NCBI GenBank assembly: GCA_012839765.1
Contig: DUMW01000027.1
Span: 1,137-65,136 of the forward strand
Direction of reading: 5' to 3'
Length of the DNA stretch: 64,000 nucleotides
Source of the DNA: Bacillota bacterium
Lineage (GTDB): Bacteria > Bacillota > Limnochordia > DUMW01
This document shows positions 10,501-18,248 of the stretch, piece by piece. The number at the start of each line of letters is the position of its first letter. The stretch's first letter is position 1. A model generated the notes under the pieces. It was not told where the DNA came from, made no database searches, and worked only from the letters and a program-made list of their open reading frames with translations. The position numbers and the translations under genes were made by a program.

Positions 10501-11928
10501 ATCCTTGCCAGCGAGGCCCGACCCGTAAGCAGTGAAGAACTAGCCCAACAGATCAGGACACGCCAGGAACTAGAAAGGGACTGCCGCGACCAGGAAAAGA
10601 AGGTGGACTCCTTGGAATCCACTCTGAAAGGGCTAGAATTCATCAGGGATCGGTTGGCCGCGGAGGTGGAAAGGGAGTATCAAAGGCCCCCCTACCTGAC
10701 CTTCGACCCGGCCACGGCCCAGGCCCAGTATCAATACCTGAGGGAAAGGTTGGCCCAGGTGCAGGGGGAAATCCAAGACATCCAAAAGGCCATCGACGAA
10801 GAACGGGCCTGGCAGCAACAACTGGCCATTGCCGGTGACTTGCTGCGGGAAAAGGTGGCCTCTCTAGACAAACCCGCTTCCACCGATATCCCATTGGATT
10901 GGCGCCACTACGGCACCGAGCCTTTGAAAGCCATTCAGGCGGCCATCCGGGAACAGGAGGAAGCCGCAGACCGCGTGCGGCAGCAACAACTGGAGGTGAG
11001 GGAACGTTTTCGAAAATACTATTTCCGGCTCCAACAGACCAACAATCCCAAGGTGAACCAGTTTCTGCGGGATGTTCAGGCCCTGATGGACGAGGATCGG
11101 ATCTACAACTTCGATTTCGTGGAAACCCAGTTTCTGCGCATCTTTGAAGCCCTCGACTACTACCGTCGGCAGGCGGAGGAGACGCTGCACCAGTGTGAGA
11201 CCAGTTTCCACCAGCTGGTGCAACTGAGTCTTCGCCGGGCCCGGGAGGTCCACCGGAGCATCATGGAACTGCCGAAGAATTCCCGGGTAATCCTCTATGA
11301 CCAGCCCGTTCAGGTGATCCGCATCGAGTGGCCCATGCAAGAGGAGGCCCAGGCCCAACAGAGTATGGAACAGTACCTGGAGAAGCTGCTCAGAGATCTA
11401 CAAGTCTGGAAGGCCCAGGGCATCGACGACGATGAGCTGAACCGGCGCATGGAGGATATGCTTTCCACTAGAAATTTGATCAACGTCTTAGCGCCCATCG
11501 AGACCTGTCGGGTCACGGTGTATAAACCCCGGAAGGAGTCCATCGCCAGGGTGGAGCGTCCCGAATACTTCCCCTGGGATGAGGTAACCCGCTGGTCTGG
11601 CGGGGAGGAATACAGCGTATACATCACCATGTTCATGATCATGCTCACCCATATCCGCCGCCAGTCCGAAGGGTTGCTCCACTCTTGGAAGGTCCTCTTG
11701 GCCGATAATCCCTTCGGCGTGGCTTCGTCGGATCACATCCTGGACACCATGTTCCAGGTGGCCCGCGGCAACCGGATTCAGCTTTTGTGCCTTACGGCCC
11801 ACCGGGAGGCCAGCATCCTCAAGCATTTCCCCACGGTCTACAGTCTCCAGCTGCGGCCAGCTTACGGAAAGGAAACCCTGACCGCCGAGCAAATGGAAAA
11901 GGGATTCTATGCAGAGATTAGTACTTAG
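7516..11928 (+). CDS. jetC: Wadjet JetC / MksB-like SMC-family ATPase (1470 aa)
   Basis: N-terminal Walker A GNGGGKT after MPRINRIRLGNI. About 1000 aa of Q/E/R/L-rich coiled-coil sequence follows. C-terminal head: signature WSGGEE, Walker-B-like VLLADN, D-loop ASSD, H-loop LLCLTAHRE. Confidence 0.85.
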   Translation: MPRINRIRLGNIIYDHGKKHIGDICFSLGGQDTVFLLGNGGGKTLLAQLVLQTILPNARLGNRKLADLLQSQRFTGHVAVEWRLDSTGRAEQYLCTGFCFTNGLTPEEPIRYFNYLFDYETKGPKNYSLFGEEDVDGQLSITQLPFTVVDGVLGIRTPIGYQELWDWLEERKDQGVQLFRQQPKVYQDRLRVYQLYAEEWENIQKTNGTEGGVSRFFERAKTTTQLLDQLLIPSMEQVIYRSEERKKELLAGFIEHQNLLLQIPQIKQNIQDFNVIQDEAEGLVEEVKKLHNREVEAQRKAENLFRLAQGVYRQQQESSKRCAHLEEDLGQKHQTLRELKWQEASYEVFKQEQEVQRLREQLTLAQEELARRQDQLAKAQQEERKLHATIQYHRRQRAREEQEYYAHQLELLDKGEPELQEELETTSGKARFAWEKKREEFTVARQRTKEQLVQREETLQELQGRIQTQRTRLEELIDTMGRLKGWFEQYKAKEKQILVLVPDLNRLTPQDTLRQRQRMLDQLEKQTEACRTEIDNLTQEIRQWWEHNRELTGKLAILQGQLTGIQENLATFGRTKDQLVQLLHGAGIFIRDPFEEPGLLARVHSLWEEAQREWIAAQAKLASLEETAATITHSEYFVPHRELVAIQDYLARLDIPVILGSQWLQEHFQDETAREEFLKQEPLLPFSIVIEAGQVKTIGRYLRQMRDLSCEFPIILWVKGAPQRTTSQGELVSIGPREQYVFLPESRSLYTSPQAFQEFKERLQERINEQRNLVQGLRDREEERRYLKEQTQHFFRTYTKEQILQWQQQAEELTKQCAEREKEIGDTKARCNELEERQRLTQENLRDLVEKQHRLASLVADLEEFVQWYHQYQEHQATKAKVEREIAHLQQQRTLLEEATSRIQGEISAQRVQLASLDKALADHQRELVDLALDRTSPLATDEDYATCRAHLEAVKLRLAQKQVDRQNLEKLLAKANAEYAETQAQIQASGISEEILASEARPVSSEELAQQIRTRQELERDCRDQEKKVDSLESTLKGLEFIRDRLAAEVEREYQRPPYLTFDPATAQAQYQYLRERLAQVQGEIQDIQKAIDEERAWQQQLAIAGDLLREKVASLDKPASTDIPLDWRHYGTEPLKAIQAAIREQEEAADRVRQQQLEVRERFRKYYFRLQQTNNPKVNQFLRDVQALMDEDRIYNFDFVETQFLRIFEALDYYRRQAEETLHQCETSFHQLVQLSLRRAREVHRSIMELPKNSRVILYDQPVQVIRIEWPMQEEAQAQQSMEQYLEKLLRDLQVWKAQGIDDDELNRRMEDMLSTRNLINVLAPIETCRVTVYKPRKESIARVERPEYFPWDEVTRWSGGEEYSVYITMFMIMLTHIRRQSEGLLHSWKVLLADNPFGVASSDHILDTMFQVARGNRIQLLCLTAHREASILKHFPTVYSLQLRPAYGKETLTAEQMEKGFYAEIST

Positions 11929-12016
11929 GATAGGCAATTTTGCGTGGTGGCAAGGAGAATTCCTGCTCACCACCGTCATCACCATCAAAGGAAAGTCAGT
12001 AAAGGAGTGAGACTGC

Positions 12017-13099
12017 ATGAGCAAATTCAATGGCCTGGGAACAGACTTACATAACCTGTTCCTGTTGTCGTCGGCGAAGACCCGCTCTATCAGTGCAGAG
12101 AATTTTACCGGCGCCAAGGGGGAGGGAGGGAAGGCCACGGAAGGGACGGGCGCCCACTTCGCCCGGGAGCTGGGGCCAGGGTGGAAGATCTCACCTTCGG
12201 TATTCGTGGAACCAGGAACCACCTTCACCCTCGCGGACATCACCGGCCCCGGCGCGATCCAGCAGATCTGGATGACCTGCCACGCCAAGTTTTGGCGGAG
12301 CCTGGTCTTGCGCTTCTACTGGGACGGCGAGGAAGAACCCTCCGTGGAGGTACCCTACGGGGACTTCTTCTGCAATGGCTGGTGTCAACTGGCTTTGGTG
12401 GGTTCCCTCCCTGTGGCCGCCAACCCCAACGGCGGCATGAACAGCTACTGGGAGATGCCCTTTAGGAAATCCGCCCGGATCACCATTGAGAATGTGGGTT
12501 TTGAGAACGCGGTCCTCTATTACCAGATCAACTACTGCCTGACGGAAGTACCCGATAACGCCGCCTATTTCCACGCCCAGTGGCGCCGTAACAACCCGCT
12601 GCCCTACAAAGAAGTGCACACCATCCTGTCCGATGTGAAGGGTCAAGGGCACTACGTGGGCACCTACATGGCTGTGGGGGTCACCAACAACGGCTGGTGG
12701 GGAGAAGGGGAGATCAAGTTCTACCTGGACGGGGACAAAGACTATCCCACCATCTGCGGCACCGGTACCGAAGACTATTTCGGCGGCGCCTGGAACTGGG
12801 AGTTTCCGCCGGGGCAATACTGCACTTATTCCACCCCTTACCTGGGCCTTTGCCAGGTAATTAAGCCCGATGGCCTTTACCGAAGTCAGCAGCGTTTCGG
12901 CATGTACCGCTGGCATGTGAGGGATCCCATCCGCTTCGAAGAGGATCTCAAGGTCACCATCCAGGCTTTAGGCTGGCGGAGTGGCTCCCGGTACTTGCCG
13001 CTTCAGTACGATATTGCGACCACCGCCTTTTGGTATCAGACAGAACCGCACCATCCCTTCCCCACGCTACCCTCCAGGGACGAACTGGAAGTCATCTAG
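12017..13099 (+). CDS. DUF2961 / GH172-like protein (difructose-dianhydride hydrolase family candidate)
   Basis: SISAENFTGAKGEGGKATEG and a WDGEEEPSVEVPYGDFF block recall DUF2961. ATG start with SD AAAGGAGTGA. Confidence 0.55.
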   Translation: MSKFNGLGTDLHNLFLLSSAKTRSISAENFTGAKGEGGKATEGTGAHFARELGPGWKISPSVFVEPGTTFTLADITGPGAIQQIWMTCHAKFWRSLVLRFYWDGEEEPSVEVPYGDFFCNGWCQLALVGSLPVAANPNGGMNSYWEMPFRKSARITIENVGFENAVLYYQINYCLTEVPDNAAYFHAQWRRNNPLPYKEVHTILSDVKGQGHYVGTYMAVGVTNNGWWGEGEIKFYLDGDKDYPTICGTGTEDYFGGAWNWEFPPGQYCTYSTPYLGLCQVIKPDGLYRSQQRFGMYRWHVRDPIRFEEDLKVTIQALGWRSGSRYLPLQYDIATTAFWYQTEPHHPFPTLPSRDELEVI

Positions 13100-13285
13100 G
13101 GCTCGGGGGAGCCGCAGGCTCCCCCTGGCCTTCGGGCATATCCACCAATATTTCATCGTTTACTACAAAAAATAATGTTCTAAAAGCAGGAGTTTGTCCG
13201 GTCTAGAAGAATTAGATCAACATTACGTGAAAAAAAATAGGACCGATGGGTCTTAACACATAGTTCAACCAGAGGAGGAAATACT

Positions 13286-15151
13286 GTGACGGAGCGACTT
13301 TTGCCGTTGAAGCTGCAACCGCTACCCATGGTGGAGATCAAGCCCCAAGGCTGGCTAAAGGACCAGTTAACCATCCAGAGTAAGGGTCTAAGCGGACATA
13401 TCGAGGAGGTTTGGGAAGACCTAGGCCCGGACAACATGTGGCTGGGCGGTACCCGGGACGGTTGGGAACGGGGTCCCTACTACGTAGATGGCCTGTTACC
13501 CTTAGCCTATCTCTTGGAGGATCCCGCGCTTAAAGCCAAAGCCCACAAATGGATACAGGCCTTCTTAAACTACCAAGATGAATCAGGCTGGATCGGACCG
13601 ATAAAGGCCAATGACCGAGGCACCTATCCCCGGGATCCCTGGCCGATTTTCGTCGTCTTCAAGGTCTTTGTTCAGTACTACGAGGCCACCAAGGAAGACC
13701 GGGTGCTGGAGGTCATGCTGAAGTTCTGCCGGACCCTACATCAGCAGCTGGAGTATATGCCCCTGCGCTCGTGGGCGATGTTCCGCTGGGCCGATATGGC
13801 TTGGTGCGTCCAGTGGCTGTGGGAAAAGACCCAGGAAGACTGGTTGCTGGATCTGAATAGGAAGCTAGCAGAACAAGGTTACAACTGGCCGGATCACTTC
13901 ACCAACTTCACCTACCAACGGCCTGCCACAGAGTCTAAGTTCGAGACCCACGTGGTGAATAACGCCATGGGTATCAAGACCGGCGGGGTCTGGTACCGCC
14001 AGTCCCAAAGGGAAGCAGATCGACAGGCAGCTTACCGTGCCATCGAAAACTTGGATAAATACCACGGACAAGTAACTGGGCTTTTCACCGGTGACGAGCA
14101 CTTCGCCGGTAAAGATCCTTCCCGGGGCACCGAGCTTTGCGCCGTGGTGGAGTATATGTTCTCCCTGGAGGTGCTCATGGCCATCCTGGCCGATGTGCGC
14201 CTGGCGGACCGCTTAGAGCTCATCGCCTACAACGCGCTCCCCGCCACCTTTAGCCCTGATATGTGGACCCACCAGTACGACCAGCAGGCCAACCAGGTAC
14301 TGTGCAGCATCGTGGATCGGGGCTGGACCAATGGGGTGGAGGCCAATATCTTCGGCCTGGAACCCAACTTCGGTTGCTGCGCCGCCAATATGCACCAGGG
14401 TTGGCCGAAATTGGCGACCCACACCTGGATGAAGACCCCCGACGGGGGACTGGCCACCATCGTCTACGCACCCAGCACCGTGACCACCAACATCGGCGGA
14501 CAGAAGGTCTCCCTCACCCAAGACACCCAATATCCCTTCCGGGAGACGGTGACCATCCGGGTAGAAACAGAGCAACCGATCCGGTTCCCCTTACATCTGC
14601 GGATCCCCGGGTGGGCCAAGGGGGCTTCCGTCACCTTGCCCGACGGTACCCAACCGGAGATAACCTGTGGGGAGTACCTGATCGTCGACCGCACCTGGAA
14701 CGGGGGAGAGGAAGTAACCTTGCATTTCCCCATGGCGATCACCGTAAAAAGAGGCTTCAACGGTTCCGTGGCCATCCAGCGGGGTCCCTTGGTATACTCG
14801 TTGAAAATCGGGGACCAGTGGGTACTGGTGGACGGCACCGATCCTTACGGTGACTACGAAGTCCATCCCACCACCCCGTGGAACTACGGCCTGTTGGTAG
14901 ATCTGGAAAGCCCCGACAGTAGTTTTGAAGTACGGCTAAAACCGGTGGGCGACATGCCTTTCTCCCCGGAAGGAGCGCCGGTGGAACTGGTGGCCCAAGG
15001 GAAACGGATCCCCCAGTGGCAGCTGGTCAACGGCTCCGCAGGGCCCATTCCCCAAAGTCCCGTAAGTTCCGATGCTCCCACTGAAACGATCATCCTCATC
15101 CCCTATGGGTGCACCAACTTGCGGATCACCGAGTTTCCGCTGGTAAAGTAA
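13286..15151 (+). CDS. Glycoside hydrolase family 127-like (beta-L-arabinofuranosidase/DUF1680 type)
   Basis: N-terminal block LKLQPLPMVEIKPQGWLKDQL...DGLLPLAYLLEDP. Adjacent cysteines in EPNFGCCAANMHQGW are consistent with the GH127 Zn/Cys site. C-terminal LIPYGCTNLRITEFP. GTG start with SD GAGGAGGA. Confidence 0.65.
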   Translation: MTERLLPLKLQPLPMVEIKPQGWLKDQLTIQSKGLSGHIEEVWEDLGPDNMWLGGTRDGWERGPYYVDGLLPLAYLLEDPALKAKAHKWIQAFLNYQDESGWIGPIKANDRGTYPRDPWPIFVVFKVFVQYYEATKEDRVLEVMLKFCRTLHQQLEYMPLRSWAMFRWADMAWCVQWLWEKTQEDWLLDLNRKLAEQGYNWPDHFTNFTYQRPATESKFETHVVNNAMGIKTGGVWYRQSQREADRQAAYRAIENLDKYHGQVTGLFTGDEHFAGKDPSRGTELCAVVEYMFSLEVLMAILADVRLADRLELIAYNALPATFSPDMWTHQYDQQANQVLCSIVDRGWTNGVEANIFGLEPNFGCCAANMHQGWPKLATHTWMKTPDGGLATIVYAPSTVTTNIGGQKVSLTQDTQYPFRETVTIRVETEQPIRFPLHLRIPGWAKGASVTLPDGTQPEITCGEYLIVDRTWNGGEEVTLHFPMAITVKRGFNGSVAIQRGPLVYSLKIGDQWVLVDGTDPYGDYEVHPTTPWNYGLLVDLESPDSSFEVRLKPVGDMPFSPEGAPVELVAQGKRIPQWQLVNGSAGPIPQSPVSSDAPTETIILIPYGCTNLRITEFPLVK

Positions 15152-15169
15152 GCCCTTCCGGCGGATAGA

Positions 15170-15225
15170 AGAGGGGCCCGGTCACTGCCGAACAAGGCAC
15201 TGGCCGGGCCTTTTTTTTACATAAT
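15170..15225 (+). terminator. Terminator after the GH127-like gene
   Basis: GGCCCGG...CCGGGCC GC stem followed by T8 (ccgggccTTTTTTTTac). A second hairpin (CCCACCGG...CCGGTGGG) followed by TTTTCG on the minus strand probably terminates the convergent minus-strand gene. Confidence 0.6.
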
Positions 15226-15290
15226 CTGCGGACCATACGAAAAGGCCCACCGGAGCAATCAGACATCCGGTGGGCAGCCCGTGATTACCC

Positions 15291-17897
15291 CTACAGGGTC
15301 AAGACCACGGGGTCGTCTCCGGGGGTAAAGTCAGGGGCGTGAAGGTATAGGTTACGGTCCACATAGACCGCCAGACCCGGTAGATACTCTCCCGGGATCC
15401 CCGGCGCTTGCCAGGTGATCTTTAGTTCCTGCCCCCGATAGGGAATATTCTCCATCGAGAAATGCTCAAGTCCCAAGGGCAAGGGATCGATGGTAATCTT
15501 TCCTTCCTCGGTAATCATCAGCCCCACCACATGTCGCACGTACAGATCCACCCACCAGGAATGCATGTAGTCCCGGAAAATGCTCAAGGGGGCACCGGTC
15601 AAGGGATTGTACCGCTCGTAGAAGTCCGCCCGGGGAGTCAGATGGTTGCGCACCGCCCGGTGGAACAAAGTGGCCGCCTGGGGAAGCAAGGTCCGATCCA
15701 GCTCCTTGGCCGCGGTGGCAAAGGCCTCGATGACGTGGCTGGTGGCCGCGGGCCACGCGGGTCCCTGCCAGAAACTGTTGGGATCAAAGTCTGAGTCCTC
15801 CTTGGACAGAGCAGGAACAGGATGGGGCAACCAGAAACGTTCTGGGTTCAACAAGTGCTCCCTGAACACCCGCAATTGCTCGGCGGTACCGGCTCCGGCG
15901 AAGAAGGGATAAAAGGTGGTGATGGTGATCGTACGGGCCCACTCTTGACGACGGGGATCCAGATCCCTGTAACATCCCGCCTTGTCATCCCAAAGCAGTG
16001 AGTTCAAAGCCGCCGCGGCCTTCTGGGCATACTGGGCGAAGTAGGTGGCATCTTCGTCTTCACCGAGGGCTGCGGCCAGGGCCGCCACCGCCTGGAGGTT
16101 GATATATGCGTAGCTGGTGGCATCGATGGCCTCGTAGGGCAGCTCCGGATCCGGCCAGCGGTAAAGGTCATCCATCCCGGTCTCCAGCTGATGCTCCACC
16201 GCAAAAAGCCCATTGCCGTCCGTATCCCGAGCCCGGATCCACCACCGCAGGTTCATGGCTAAGGCGGGGTAGACCCGCCGCACCAAATCAAGGTCATGGT
16301 GAATCTGATAATGGCGCCACACCGCATAGGGCAGCAAAGACAGACCCGTGCGGGATGCATGGTGCAAGGGCACCAGATTGGTTCCCGGCGTAGTGTACCA
16401 GGGGAACCGGCCGTCCTCGTAAATGGCATGACACATATTAGCCAAATGGCCATATCCCACCTCGGCATCCCGGGCCCAGTTCAGATCCAAAGCCATGAAG
16501 GGGGCACTATAGCAGCAATAGGTTTGGTAGGCTTGCCTGCCCTCCAAGACCACCGGGTACTGCAAGTAGCCTAGATCGCCCCCAGCGGTGGAAAACCGTA
16601 GCAAGAACCATCGAAAGGCATAAAGCTCATCCAAACCAGGATCCGAGGAAGAAAAGCGGGGAATCTCTTCCTGATAAAACCGCTCCCAAACCTGGCGGTT
16701 TGCGCCAATGGGATCCTCTTCCGCTAAGACCCGGGATAGGTTCGCCACCGCCGTTTCCCGTTGGGGATGAACAGCACAGGCCACCTTAATCGTCCGGTAC
16801 TCGCCCGGCTTCAAGGAAGCTTCTAAAACAAACCGATAGGTACCCGCGGGGGAGGTCTTTACCTCCTTTAGTTCTTCGGAACTACCGATGGCCACCGACA
16901 AACCCTCGGCCAAAATCCCACCAAAAGCCCTGGGATCCTGCAACACCACGATCCCCTCCAGGTATGTGGAAGACTTGCTTCCCCCAGGGGTCTCCCGCCA
17001 ATCGTGGGCGTTGCGTAGATCACCCCTTACGTTAAGCTTCCAGTCCAGAGGAACCTCTGCGGGGTTGTAAAGGTGGATCATCGCCACCAGCACATCATCC
17101 TCGGTGACACACACTTGCCGAAGCTCCTGGACCACACCAAGTAAGACTTCTTGTTCTGTGGCGTTATGGATCTCCACGGCCTCAATATTCACGTTGGGCT
17201 GGGGACTGGGTGTGGGATTTGGGCTCAGCAATGCATGATCGGGCCACCAGTTGACGGTGTAACCGTTAAAGGCCGTACAGATTTCACCCAGTTCGTAGGT
17301 GGCATAAAACACTTTGCTCTGGGTCCCTGTATACAGGGCTACGTTCCTCCCGCCACCCACACTGTTTTTGTCGGCCCGGTTGCCCACCAGGTCCAAAAGG
17401 GGAGACGGGGGCACCGCCAATCCCGGCAGCTGGGACCTTTCCGGAACCTGATCCGTCACCATAAGCCGTATCACGTGCCTACCTGCGGGTAGCTCCGGCA
17501 GTAAGATGCGGCTGCGGGCAAAGTGTCCCGGCTCCTCTCCCCAGCCACCGGTCTGCCCGTAGGGCAACAGTCCCACTTCCACACCGTCCACCGTCACCTG
17601 AAAATAGCCACCCCCAGCAAAAGCCCGGGCATAGCTGACCGTCAACACAGGGGAGCTCCATGCTTCCTCCAGAGAAAAGGCATACTCCACAAAGTGCCCG
17701 ATAGCACTGCCAAATTCCCTACCCAGCACCTCACCGGTAATGGCACCGGCCTTGAAGTCTCGACCTTGGGACCCTAGTTGTGTAACATAAGAAGGGCCCG
17801 GCAGGATAATCCGCGAGGACTGGGCGAGGCAGCGGGCCACTGGACACAAGAAAAGCACCAGCGGCAACAGCGCCAGCAATAGTGGGTATTTCATCAT
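15291..17897 (-). CDS. Secreted (alpha/alpha)6-barrel glycoside hydrolase (GH63/MGH-like), 868 aa
   Basis: Signal peptide MMKYPLLLALLPLVLFLCPVARCLA. The C-terminal half carries six-hairpin glycosidase blocks (WQGPAWPAATSHVIEAF, YRWPDPELPYEAIDATSYAYINL). Start ATGATG with SD AAAGGAGCGG. Confidence 0.55.
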   Translation of the reverse strand: MMKYPLLLALLPLVLFLCPVARCLAQSSRIILPGPSYVTQLGSQGRDFKAGAITGEVLGREFGSAIGHFVEYAFSLEEAWSSPVLTVSYARAFAGGGYFQVTVDGVEVGLLPYGQTGGWGEEPGHFARSRILLPELPAGRHVIRLMVTDQVPERSQLPGLAVPPSPLLDLVGNRADKNSVGGGRNVALYTGTQSKVFYATYELGEICTAFNGYTVNWWPDHALLSPNPTPSPQPNVNIEAVEIHNATEQEVLLGVVQELRQVCVTEDDVLVAMIHLYNPAEVPLDWKLNVRGDLRNAHDWRETPGGSKSSTYLEGIVVLQDPRAFGGILAEGLSVAIGSSEELKEVKTSPAGTYRFVLEASLKPGEYRTIKVACAVHPQRETAVANLSRVLAEEDPIGANRQVWERFYQEEIPRFSSSDPGLDELYAFRWFLLRFSTAGGDLGYLQYPVVLEGRQAYQTYCCYSAPFMALDLNWARDAEVGYGHLANMCHAIYEDGRFPWYTTPGTNLVPLHHASRTGLSLLPYAVWRHYQIHHDLDLVRRVYPALAMNLRWWIRARDTDGNGLFAVEHQLETGMDDLYRWPDPELPYEAIDATSYAYINLQAVAALAAALGEDEDATYFAQYAQKAAAALNSLLWDDKAGCYRDLDPRRQEWARTITITTFYPFFAGAGTAEQLRVFREHLLNPERFWLPHPVPALSKEDSDFDPNSFWQGPAWPAATSHVIEAFATAAKELDRTLLPQAATLFHRAVRNHLTPRADFYERYNPLTGAPLSIFRDYMHSWWVDLYVRHVVGLMITEEGKITIDPLPLGLEHFSMENIPYRGQELKITWQAPGIPGEYLPGLAVYVDRNLYLHAPDFTPGDDPVVLTL

Positions 17898-18248
17898 ATC
17901 CGCTCCTTTGAAATAGTACTATAGTAATAACGACCGCCGCACTCTCCTTCGTCCGTCTTCATTATAGGTGACGACGCACAGTAACACAATCTACTTTGGT
18001 GGAAAACGCTATGGAACGATCAAAATACCGAAGAGTAGCCCCTTTGGACCCCATCCCCCCCTCAGATCATTGTCCTTCTTGCAAAAACCGGACCAAAAGG
18101 TTAAATTTCCTATCGTTTAATAAAGGAAAAATTGTACCAATGTAGAACTATAGAATTACGGACCGCCAACTACCTTCTACAAAAGGAAGCTCGAGCCACC
18201 AGCGGTGGCTCTGCCTTCCCACATTTCACACGGAGGAGATGGTAAGCG

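Noticed and set aside
7540-11648. Many 60-160-aa ORFs antisense or out-of-frame within jetC
   Set aside because: They lie inside a long gene with clear ATPase motifs, show no independent start signals, and are composition-driven.
11488-12288. 266-aa minus-strand ORF spanning the jetC 3' end and the GH172-like 5' end
   Set aside because: It overlaps two well-supported + genes and the intergenic SD, and is Pro/Gly/Arg-rich. This is a typical high-GC antisense artefact.
14213-14866. Cluster of overlapping ORFs (both strands) inside the GH127-like gene
   Set aside because: They are Arg/Gly/Pro-rich translations of alternative frames of a conserved glycosidase gene.
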